A stretch of 64,000 nucleotides of DNA from a bacterium (GCA_043771175.1 JAYVHO010000008.1:5124-69123); one strand, 5' to 3'. Counted from the first letter of the stretch, positions 47,731-56,337 are shown. Numbers and translations: made by a program. Notes: a model not told the origin generated them from the sequence alone.

Positions 47731-48085
47731 ATGTGATACTAATATACCCTATTTTTCAAAAAAAATAAAGCGATGGATAATATTAAATATCCATGGCTTT
47801 ATCTGTGTATTTATTGTATTTTTTGTTTATACACACGCCATTACTTCTAGCGCCTGTTCTTGTGTTTGGCTATCCCAAATTCCATCTGACTTTGAAACAC
47901 AATATTTGTTGTTGACATATCGCAAACATGCCTTGAGTCTTGCAAGAAAATGTCTGAACATGAATAGCTTGATTTTAGCATGGCACAATTATCGACTTTC
48001 AGGATATATATAAACTGTGCAAAGATCATGAAGATACAAAAAGAGTCGACCGCGTGATCGACTCTATATTTAAACTCTTTGATTG

Positions 48086-49915
48086 TTAATGTGCATGCAA
48101 CGTACTCTCGAGAATTTTTGACTCATGAGTAAAATGCATTTTTTCTATCAATTTTACAAACTTTCTATTGAGTAATAATTTATCGTAACTTCCCTGATCA
48201 ATTATCTTGCCTTTTTCAAAAAATATTATTTCATCAAAAAGTGGTAATAAATGTAACCGATGAACCGTTGAGATAATTGTAAGATCCTTAGAACAGTTTA
48301 GGAAAATATTTTCATAAACACGTCGTTCAGTTTCTGAATCAAGACTACTTGTTGGTTCATCTAAAAGTAGAATCTGAGCATCTTTACTGGCATACAAACC
48401 ACGCGCAAGTGCTAATCGTTGTTGCTGTCCTCCACTCAAATTCACACCCTTTTCATTCATAGATGTTTCTAATCCATACGGAAGGTATTCTAATACTTCA
48501 TCAAAACATGCTGTATGCATTACTTTTTGTACCGCCTCTTTGTCATACTCATCTTCTTTTGAAAAAGTAATATTTCCAAGTACCGTGGTAGCAAAAATTT
48601 CGGGTGTTTGTGGAATAAGTGAAATACCTCCACTAATACTTAAAAATGCACCTTTCTGAATAATATTGTCTACAGAAACGTTACCTTTTGGAAACGAATA
48701 CAAGCCTCTAATAATTTTAAGAAGCGTTGTTTTACCACTTCCTGTCTTACCAATACATGCAATTTTTTTTCCTTTTTCTATTTTAAACGAAATATCATTA
48801 AGTTGATACTTTGAAGCTTCTTCATTTTCATACGAAAACGAAAGACCTTCAACAGAAATACAATTCCATTCTTTTGACAAAGACAAACTTATTGAATCCG
48901 CTTTTACAAAGTCTTTCACTAGCTCTTCTGAATTTGTAAGCTTTGAAGAGTTTTTAATAACATCTCCATATGAACTTGTAAACTGATAAAAAAGTTCACT
49001 TACGGTATCAAGATATTTAATCAATAAGTAGACACTTCCAACCAAAACTCCCCGTGGGGTATTAATATGTTGTACGAAATATATCCCAAGAACTAAAACA
49101 ATCATGACATTACAACACATACTAACTACAAACCATTTGACCTCAAGATTAACACTATGTTTTCTATAAAGTTCATATGGTTTGTCAATTTTTCGAGTAA
49201 TAATATCACAAACCATTTTTTCAGCTCTTAAAATAATTACTGTTGTAATATTACTTATCGTATCAAAAATGTTTTCTGTAATATTATTTTCATGGTGATT
49301 AAGTTGTCGATGCTGATTAATAATTACTGTGTCAAGTCGCGTGATCACCCAAAAAGTAATTGCAATCATAATTACCACAAGAACAGCTGCAGGTAAACTA
49401 AAATATGCAAGCACAATATAGCTCCCGATTAGCTTAAAGAATCCACGGATAATAATGAACACAGAAGATGAAAAGCTGTAAATTGCATCAGTGCCTTTTT
49501 CTACCTTATCAATAGTGTCACCTGAATGGTGATCTACATGCCACTTCATGGATAAATTCATAATTCCATGCATAAGAAACTTTTTGTAGTTTGCTCGAAC
49601 TTTAAATGCATTAGTTCGCTCCATTACACGCGCAGGACCATGAAATATCCATGACGAAACAGTACTTAAAAAATATCCTCCTAATAGAAGTAATAATTTA
49701 ACTATTGTTTCTTCCGTTATTCCAGACTCAGTGACTGTCTTAATGATTGCAGCCAATATGAATGGTTCAAGGAATAAATCTATCGAACTGGAAAATATAA
49801 ATAAAATCCAGTAAATAATTATGTTCTTTTTACCATCATAAGAATAATGCCATGTCTTCTTAAGAAGATACAAAAGCGGACTTTCCGCCTGTGGGTAATT
49901 TTTTACCGACTCCAT
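48086..49915 (-). CDS. ABC transporter, fused permease/ATP-binding exporter
   Basis: 6-TM N-terminal half; 'GKTGSGKTTLL', 'LSGGQQQRLALARGL', 'LLLDEPTSSLD'. ATG at 'MESVKNY' preferred over the upstream TTG. Confidence 0.85.
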   Translation of the reverse strand: MESVKNYPQAESPLLYLLKKTWHYSYDGKKNIIIYWILFIFSSSIDLFLEPFILAAIIKTVTESGITEETIVKLLLLLGGYFLSTVSSWIFHGPARVMERTNAFKVRANYKKFLMHGIMNLSMKWHVDHHSGDTIDKVEKGTDAIYSFSSSVFIIIRGFFKLIGSYIVLAYFSLPAAVLVVIMIAITFWVITRLDTVIINQHRQLNHHENNITENIFDTISNITTVIILRAEKMVCDIITRKIDKPYELYRKHSVNLEVKWFVVSMCCNVMIVLVLGIYFVQHINTPRGVLVGSVYLLIKYLDTVSELFYQFTSSYGDVIKNSSKLTNSEELVKDFVKADSISLSLSKEWNCISVEGLSFSYENEEASKYQLNDISFKIEKGKKIACIGKTGSGKTTLLKIIRGLYSFPKGNVSVDNIIQKGAFLSISGGISLIPQTPEIFATTVLGNITFSKEDEYDKEAVQKVMHTACFDEVLEYLPYGLETSMNEKGVNLSGGQQQRLALARGLYASKDAQILLLDEPTSSLDSETERRVYENIFLNCSKDLTIISTVHRLHLLPLFDEIIFFEKGKIIDQGSYDKLLLNRKFVKLIEKMHFTHESKILESTLHAH

Positions 49916-50157
49916 ATTAATATATTTAGTTGTTAAAGAATGATTAATTTTTTCCAAACAAAGCCAAACAGCTTATGTTTGGCATAGGTGTCTTAAATAG
50001 AGATACTTGAGAAACGAGAGCCAAACACAAACTTTTTTACCATAAAATAAGACACCACCGCTGCGGCTAGTGTTTGTGTAAAATAATTACGATTTTGTGT
50101 ATGAATATCCTTCATGTATTTTTACCATATCATGTAAGATCATGACTGTCAAACAAT

Positions 50158-50922
50158 TTATTGTTTTTTTCTTGCTTTAAATCCAAATATTGTTTTATAA
50201 TGTGATTCACCAAATAAAACGGGGTAAAAATCTGAGTCAGAGATTATCTGCTTACCGTCTTGAGTATAACCAACAATATCACCATGATGAATCAGTTCAT
50301 AGTTTTTAACAGTTGGATTCAACGTGTCGGTCTCATTTTTAGAGTAAATTTCATAACATTCAAATTGCTCTGATGTATTACAAGATTTTTTATCAATAAT
50401 ACTTTTAACAACACCAAGCATAGAAAAAATATTAACAACATCCTGATATGTTTTTTCTATTGTTCCTAAGCTATTATCTCCATATTCAAAAGCAATTGCA
50501 GGAATAATTTTATTTTCATGCCGAGTTGCGGTAAAAATTGAAATGCCTTTTGTTGCTGTCATGTATAAAATTGTTTTAACATGTTCACATACAGAAATCA
50601 TTTTCTGAACTTCTTTTGAATCATCTTCAATGATAATACAATTTTGAATACCTGACACAGTAGAATGAACATCAATAATATAATCAAAATTACTCATATA
50701 TAACATCATATAAAATGCAATTTGTTCTTCATTATTTCCATTTTGTTTACCTGGAAATGATCTATTTAAGTCTGAATCAATGAATCTTTTATTGTGTAAA
50801 ACTGCTTGGGCATTTGCGATATTGCACGTTATTGACCCATTTACTATTTTTAAATTCTTTATTTTTTCTATGACATGTAATCCCAGAACTTCATTTCCAT
50901 GACTGCAAACATTCATTAACAC
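50158..50922 (-). CDS. Succinylglutamate desuccinylase/aspartoacylase (AstE/AspA, M14-like) family protein; N-terminus apparently frameshifted
   Basis: 'SHGNEVLG', 'DLNRSFPG', 'DVHST'. The in-frame upstream sequence 'IRKKIEEVYKLPHPRV' has no start codon; the ATG at 50980 is in another frame. Confidence 0.65.
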   Translation of the reverse strand: MLMNVCSHGNEVLGLHVIEKIKNLKIVNGSITCNIANAQAVLHNKRFIDSDLNRSFPGKQNGNNEEQIAFYMMLYMSNFDYIIDVHSTVSGIQNCIIIEDDSKEVQKMISVCEHVKTILYMTATKGISIFTATRHENKIIPAIAFEYGDNSLGTIEKTYQDVVNIFSMLGVVKSIIDKKSCNTSEQFECYEIYSKNETDTLNPTVKNYELIHHGDIVGYTQDGKQIISDSDFYPVLFGESHYKTIFGFKARKKQ

Positions 50923-51004
50923 CCTTGGGTGTGGGAGTTTATAAACTTCTTCTATCTTTTTTCGTATTCTTGACGAACATTTGATTCCATATTTATTATC
51001 CTAC

Positions 51005-51039
51005 CACAAAACACCACACATTTCTGTGTGGTGTTTTGT
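51005..51039. repeat. Long hairpin family, copy 1 (also a terminator position)
   Basis: acaaaacaccacaca-tttc-tgtgtggtgttttgt, a perfect 15-bp stem. Confidence 0.8.
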
Positions 51040-51061
51040 ATGATTTTAGGTAATGAATAAC

Positions 51062-51616
51062 TTATTTCTTTTTTATAACTACATCAAACGTATGCCAAGG
51101 GATTTTAGTATGGGGATCTTTTTTAGTAACAGATTCGCCATCAATTTCATTGAAAGAAATAACTTCATGAGTTTTTTCTATTTCTTCTATAATTTCCTCA
51201 ACTTCTTCTCGTGTGAATGTTGTAATGTGACTGCTTTCAGACCATGAATGATTTTTACCCCATATATTAAAAATACAAACATCTGAAAGTGCTACCATTT
51301 TAAAAATCATTTCTCGTGGAAATTTTATAAATGGAAAGGTATTTATACATACTGCTGCGTCAAAATAGTGAGGGTGCGTATAGGTGTCAGATATAGTGTT
51401 AAAATCTTCAAAAGATATGGGAATAGTTTTTTTAAAATCTACAGAAAATGAATCCAATAGTGCTGGATCAATACCTGTCACAAAAGCACCTGATTTAGTA
51501 CCAACATCATATATATATCCTTCTCCTGCACCAATGTCTAAAATTGTTTTTTCTTTGATATCTTTAAAGATATCAATAAGCGTCTTGAGCGCGGTTCTTG
51601 TATTGAGAAAATTCAT
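51062..51616 (-). CDS. Class I SAM-dependent methyltransferase
   Basis: 'ILDIGAGEGY' motif I. Start at 'MNFLNTR', because the ORF-track extension covers hairpin copy 2. Confidence 0.7.
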   Translation of the reverse strand: MNFLNTRTALKTLIDIFKDIKEKTILDIGAGEGYIYDVGTKSGAFVTGIDPALLDSFSVDFKKTIPISFEDFNTISDTYTHPHYFDAAVCINTFPFIKFPREMIFKMVALSDVCIFNIWGKNHSWSESSHITTFTREEVEEIIEEIEKTHEVISFNEIDGESVTKKDPHTKIPWHTFDVVIKKK

Positions 51617-51664
51617 AACTGAAGAGTAACAACTCAAAGATATTATGTCAATTATAAAATCAAA

Positions 51665-51694
51665 AAAACACCATACAATTCTATATGGTGTTTT
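51665..51694. repeat. Long hairpin family, copy 2
   Basis: aaaacaccata-caattcta-tatggtgtttt. Confidence 0.7.
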
Positions 51695-51789
51695 CAATAT
51701 TTATTTGTGGACTTAAACGTTGAGATTTCAAACCAGATAGCAAAATATTTAAATAGAATTAGTACTTTTCTCAATATATAAATTGGTAA

Positions 51790-52320
51790 TTACTTTAATA
51801 GCATTGAATATTGAACGGTATTAATTCTTACACCTTTCTTTACTCGAGATTGTAATTTTACACATTCTTTTATAAAACCGAGTTTTTCAAAAATCCTCTG
51901 CATGGGAATATTTTCTTCTTCACATTCAGCTGAAACTCTTACTATATCTGTTTCGTTTTGTAGGTAGTTTATAAAAAGTTGCATTGCTTCAAGACCATAA
52001 CCTTTCCCATAATATGCAGTGTCACCAATTACAATACCTAGTTCACCGATTCCATGATAATAACTAATCTCAGTGAGTGAAATAGTCCCAATGGTTTTAT
52101 TGTCTATTGTATCTATAACTGCTGCATGTATCTCATCCTCGCTTTCTCGACATGCAACAAAATATTCTATTTGTTCTTCCGCAGTAAGCAGTCTGAACGG
52201 TTCAGGTATATACTCTTGAATTTGAGGACTACTGTCCCATGTATTCCACAGTAAAATATTAGATTCTTCGAAAGGACGCAGAAGAATTCTTTGTGATTGT
52301 TGGGGTGTTTTTATAAACAT
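51790..52320 (-). CDS. GNAT family N-acetyltransferase (RimJ/RimL-like)
   Basis: 'GKGYGLEAMQLFINYL', 'ENIPMQRIFEKLGF'. Confidence 0.8.
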   Translation of the reverse strand: MFIKTPQQSQRILLRPFEESNILLWNTWDSSPQIQEYIPEPFRLLTAEEQIEYFVACRESEDEIHAAVIDTIDNKTIGTISLTEISYYHGIGELGIVIGDTAYYGKGYGLEAMQLFINYLQNETDIVRVSAECEEENIPMQRIFEKLGFIKECVKLQSRVKKGVRINTVQYSMLLK

Positions 52321-52456
52321 AGTATCTTTATACCATAAAAATAGTCTGATATTCTTTTCCCAATATCCTATCCAATACGTACTTATAAACTAAACAATAG
52401 ATTTGACCGTATAGTACAAATTGTGAAACTCCTTCATTGTATTGTTTAATAATATT

Positions 52457-53017
52457 CTAATCTTTTTTCAATGCCTTTCCAAGTTCATGCCAAAGTGACA
52501 ATTTTTGAGCAAAAAAATCTTTTAACACTTGTGGATCCATATCTGCTTGTGGAATATCAAAACCTTCTCTGATAATTATTCTATCAAATGCACTGCCCTG
52601 CTCGGACTTAGAAAGTTCTTTTGAAATTGTTGCGTGCTCAATATACTCAAATATATGTTTTTCTCCGTGCTCATCAACCTATCCAAGGTATTCAATAATA
52701 TCAACACTTCTATCTTCCATATTATCCATCATTGCAAGTATTTGCTCAGCAGTTAGCCAAGTATTTATAAATTTTATGAAAGGTCCAGGGAATCCTTTGA
52801 GCACTGTTATGTAATATCCAGTATCGGTAACAATTACTGGCTTCTTAAAATGTTCATATGCATACGCTAATGAAAATTCTGTTATTTCTTTAGTATTTTT
52901 TGCTTGTATTTCTGGAACATCAACCTTATCACGTTTTAATTCTATGTTGTAGTTTTTTAAAATATCATGTGCAATAGCAAATTTCATTTCACTTGATGTG
53001 TTTAGAATTATTTCCAT
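52457..53017 (-). pseudogene. HAM1/RdgB-like non-canonical NTP pyrophosphatase interrupted by an in-frame TAG
   Basis: 112-aa N-terminal part ('PEIQ', 'VTDTGYYITVLKGFPGPF'). TAG at 52679-52681. The same frame continues for 73 aa ('GSAFDRIIIREGF...') to TAG at 52457. Confidence 0.6.
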
Positions 53018-53031
53018 GATTAAATATTATC

Positions 53032-53064
53032 ACAAAACACCACATATTCTGTGTGGTGTTTTGT
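53032..53064. repeat. Long hairpin family, copy 3
   Basis: acaaaacaccaca-tattc-tgtgtggtgttttgt; near-identical to copy 1. Confidence 0.8.
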
Positions 53065-53138
53065 ATTTGGTTTTATTGTGTTGCGTCGCCAGAGCGCGAC
53101 ATCCTGCAAAAATATAGTCGCTTCGTTTCTTGTTTTTG

Positions 53139-53211
53139 TGGACCCTAACGGATTCGAACCGTTGACCTCCTCAGTGCAAATGAGGCGCTCTACCAACTAA
53201 GCTAAGGGCCC
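53139..53211 (-). tRNA. tRNA-Ala (TGC)
   Basis: Hand fold: gggccct/agggtcc with G3:U70, anticodon loop ttTGCac, T-loop ttcgaat; 73 nt; no CCA. Confidence 0.9.
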
Positions 53212-53370
53212 AAAGACGGCCATTTCTGACCGACTCAACAGTAATGGTAATTACTGTCATAGTGGATATTATGTTACCATATTTTTGCATCACTGCAAAC
53301 CATGGAAATCTTGTGAAAATCACAAAACTTTATAACATCCACCTAAATATGTAAGGTGCTTCTGAATTAT

Positions 53371-53379
53371 ATTGTAACA
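53371..53379 (-). promoter_or_regulatory. Extended -10 (tgttacaat, minus strand), about 150 nt upstream of tRNA-Ala
   Basis: rc of attgtaaca; the only consensus-like -10 between uvrC and tRNA-Ala. Confidence 0.4.
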
Positions 53380-53429
53380 CGGAGGAGGTTTTTGGGCAAA
53401 AAATGAGTCGAAAAGCAAAGCTTTTCGAC

Positions 53430-54662
53430 TCATTTTTTATGTTTAATTTGATCTCTCTTTTGACGATGCCATGTCAGTCCAAACCGATGAGCTTCTGAAT
53501 TTACCAGTAAAATATCTCCGCGATATTTTGAAACTAATTCTGCGTCACCTAATACATCTTTTGGTTTATGATGCTCATCTTTTACCACAGAAACAACGGG
53601 TATGGTAAGGTTATATTCCTGTAAAATTTCAAGTGCCGCATTTCTTTGGATATTATTTCCATCCATCACAATCAGCATCGGCAGTGGCCATGATGTATGT
53701 TTAAATCTTCTGCGCAGAACTTCTTTTAAAGCCCCTGCATCATCAGCTTTTGTTTTTGTGGTTATGATAAATTTTCTATAAGATGCTTTATCAATTTCTC
53801 CGTATTGCATAACGGTCATGACACCCACCATATCTTTTCCAAACATATGAGCAATGTCATATGCTTCAATGCGTGAGTTTGCCAGATGTTCGTAGTGGTG
53901 AGAAATATCTTTTTTAATGAGCGAAATATCATTAATATGAGATAACGCAAACATTTTCATCTTACATTTCCCCGCTTCTTCAAATTCCATTTTTTTAGCA
54001 TGCTCATTCATTTTCTTTTCAAGAGAATTTATAAGTTCTCCCTTTTTTCCATTAAACAACTGAACAATATTTTTAATAACTTGTGCATATATTTTTTGAG
54101 CATCATCTAAAGAAGTATCAGGTGTTAAAGATAAATTTTGATAAAACTTTTCATGACGTGGATCATTTGATGTTTTATCACGAAATGGGAAAATTCCTCT
54201 AATTATTTTAAGAGCTTCTTTCAGTGATCCTCCACTGGGAAATGGTCCATATGAATATTTTATTTTATACGTCAGTGTATCAGATTTAGTAGCCAAAGAA
54301 CGTTCTCGTTCCATAAATATTCGCGGAAACGGCTCGTCAGTAATAATAACCATATAGTAACTTCTGTTGTCTTTTTCTCTGGTGTTGTAATATGGTTTTA
54401 TTTGCTTAATTAAACTGGCTTCTAAAATCAGTGCTTCTAATACAGAATCAGTAGGAATACATTGAACCGTAGTTGCAACTTTTACCATTTCTATGATTTT
54501 TTCACCACGCTCAGTAATTAAATCTTTTGAAAAATAACTTTTTGTACGTTCTTTGATTGAGGTGGCTTTTCCAACATACAAAACAGTTCCTTGTTGATCA
54601 AGGAACTGATATACGCCTGGCGAATCGGGAAGAAGTATTGTTTTATATTCTTCTATCGTCAT
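53430..54662 (-). CDS. uvrC: Excinuclease ABC subunit C, short form lacking the C-terminal (HhH)2
   Basis: GIY-YIG 'GVYQFLDQQGTVLYVGKA', UVR 'MEFEEAGKCK'; ends just after 'NSEAHRFGLTWHRQKR'. Confidence 0.8.
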   Translation of the reverse strand: MTIEEYKTILLPDSPGVYQFLDQQGTVLYVGKATSIKERTKSYFSKDLITERGEKIIEMVKVATTVQCIPTDSVLEALILEASLIKQIKPYYNTREKDNRSYYMVIITDEPFPRIFMERERSLATKSDTLTYKIKYSYGPFPSGGSLKEALKIIRGIFPFRDKTSNDPRHEKFYQNLSLTPDTSLDDAQKIYAQVIKNIVQLFNGKKGELINSLEKKMNEHAKKMEFEEAGKCKMKMFALSHINDISLIKKDISHHYEHLANSRIEAYDIAHMFGKDMVGVMTVMQYGEIDKASYRKFIITTKTKADDAGALKEVLRRRFKHTSWPLPMLIVMDGNNIQRNAALEILQEYNLTIPVVSVVKDEHHKPKDVLGDAELVSKYRGDILLVNSEAHRFGLTWHRQKRDQIKHKK

Positions 54663-54671
54663 ATTATTTAT

Positions 54672-55763
54672 TTATGAAAGATCATTAATGGTTCCAAAAA
54701 CTGCCAAAGAAACTATAATAAAAATTCCTACAATACTGATTACTGCTTGAGCATTTTTTGAAATCTTTTTTCTACGAATTGTCTCATATAAAACAATAAG
54801 GATTCTTCCTCCATCTAAAATGGGAAGTGGTAAAATATTTAACACCGCAAGATTAATAGATATAATAGCAACCAAAACCAAGAATAATGAGTATCCTTCA
54901 GAAAGTGTAGTGCCCAACATTTTTACAATTCCAATAGGCCCCGTCACCGAATCTTTTAAAGGTATGTCACCTTTGTCGTCACTTGGCACCACCATGGCAT
55001 GAATCGCATTAAAAAACCCTTTCATGGTTTCTGCTGAGAGAAATACGGTATATTGAAGTGATGTACCAACTGCAGAAATAAATGGTTTTTTAATGGTTAA
55101 ATCCTCAACCAAAGCTACTCCAATTTTATTTTCTCCATCAATAATATCTGGTGTTACTATTACTACTTCTTCTGCACCTTCAAAGGCAACTGAAAGAGGT
55201 AAACCTTTTTTGGCTTCAGAAATAAATTGTTCACGTGTTGGATTAAAAATTTCTTTTTCAAGTGATGAATTTTGAATACCTGTAATTTTTACTTTTACTG
55301 GTAAATCGGCAAGATCTGCTGGTGAACCTGTTTGAACTGAATAAATTGAAAGAATGGGTGTATCTTTTGTTTCATTATCTATAAGACTTTTTGGAAGTGA
55401 TTCAGAAGGAAGGCTGACACCTTTGGTAAATAACACCAAAAATATAAACCATGCTGCAATGAAATTCATAACCACTCCAGCTACTAAAATAATAATCTTT
55501 CGGTATGCTCGAGCACCGCTAAAAGAATCATGTTCTGTGTCTGTTGAGTCAATTTCATCACCTTTAAGCTTTACAAATCCACCCAGTAAAAGTGCACCGA
55601 AAGAAAATTTAGTACCATTTTTTACAAAACTTACTACACGAGGAGGAAACCCCACTGCAAATTCCATTACTTTTACCCCAACTGCCTTGGCAGCAAAAAA
55701 GTGTCCAAGTTCATGGATTACTACCAAAATAATAATTGCAATCAGTGGGATCAAAATAGTCAT
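54672..55763 (-). CDS. rseP: RIP metalloprotease RseP (M50 site-2 protease) with PDZ
   Basis: 'HELGHFFAAK', 'NILPLPILDGG'. Confidence 0.9.
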   Translation of the reverse strand: MTILIPLIAIIILVVIHELGHFFAAKAVGVKVMEFAVGFPPRVVSFVKNGTKFSFGALLLGGFVKLKGDEIDSTDTEHDSFSGARAYRKIIILVAGVVMNFIAAWFIFLVLFTKGVSLPSESLPKSLIDNETKDTPILSIYSVQTGSPADLADLPVKVKITGIQNSSLEKEIFNPTREQFISEAKKGLPLSVAFEGAEEVVIVTPDIIDGENKIGVALVEDLTIKKPFISAVGTSLQYTVFLSAETMKGFFNAIHAMVVPSDDKGDIPLKDSVTGPIGIVKMLGTTLSEGYSLFLVLVAIISINLAVLNILPLPILDGGRILIVLYETIRRKKISKNAQAVISIVGIFIIVSLAVFGTINDLS

Positions 55764-55785
55764 AGGGTTATTAGTATATCACAGA

Positions 55786-56337
55786 CTACACGGTCATGAT
55801 TTCTTTCTCTTTGGTTGCAAAAAACTCATCAAGTTTTCTATTTCCGGCATCAACCGCGTCTTGCATATTTTTTTTCAGACGCTTTGCATCATCTTCACTT
55901 AACTCTCCTGCTTTTTTCATCTCGTCAATTGCTTTATCGCAATCTTGACGGTTTCCACGAATTTTGATGCGAGCCTCTTCTTGTTTTTTACCGATAAGTT
56001 TTACTAGTTCTTTTCTTGAATCTTCTGTCATTTGAGGAACGGTGACACGAATCCCAGAACTATCGACTGAAATAGAAACAGGCAAATTGGCGTCACGCAG
56101 TGCTGTTTCTACAGATTTTGAAAGACTATTGTCCCAAGGTGCAATTTTGAGTGTTCTTGCTCCTTCAATTCCAATCGTTGCGCATGCTTTAAGTGGTTGG
56201 AAATCTCCATACACAGAGACCATAACACTGTCTACCGTAGCTGGGGTAATTCTACCCGCTTGAATCATAATATATTCATCTTTAAGCCAATTTTGGCTTT
56301 CGGTAATCTCTTGTTCGAGTTTTTTGATTGGTTGCAT
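55786..56337 (-). CDS. frr: Ribosome recycling factor
   Basis: Full-length RRF-like protein; 'RVTVPQMTEDSRKELVK', 'IRGNRQD'. Confidence 0.9.
   Translation of the reverse strand: MQPIKKLEQEITESQNWLKDEYIMIQAGRITPATVDSVMVSVYGDFQPLKACATIGIEGARTLKIAPWDNSLSKSVETALRDANLPVSISVDSSGIRVTVPQMTEDSRKELVKLIGKKQEEARIKIRGNRQDCDKAIDEMKKAGELSEDDAKRLKKNMQDAVDAGNRKLDEFFATKEKEIMTV

Noticed and set aside
47847-48029. 60-aa Cys-containing ORF just downstream of the ABC exporter, considered as a bacteriocin or RiPP precursor
   Set aside because: It has no leader motif (no double-glycine or similar). The exporter has no C39 peptidase domain. A terminator (48038-48066) separates the two, there is no modification enzyme, and the ORF sits in the tRNA-Gln promoter region. 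It is kept only as a low-probability possibility.
52679-52681. In-frame TAG considered as evidence of stop-codon reassignment, along with CPR-type UGA=Gly recoding generally
   Set aside because: TAG terminates parB (9561-9563) and the same ITPase frame (52457-52459). TGA terminates uvrC and the mazF-like ORF. All conserved genes read through cleanly with the standard code 11.
53383-53502. Strong GGAGGAGG motif followed by a 32-codon plus-strand ORF (ATG 53404)
   Set aside because: The ORF is formed by the uvrC terminator hairpin and sequence antisense to the uvrC 3' end. Other genes in this window do not use SD sequences.
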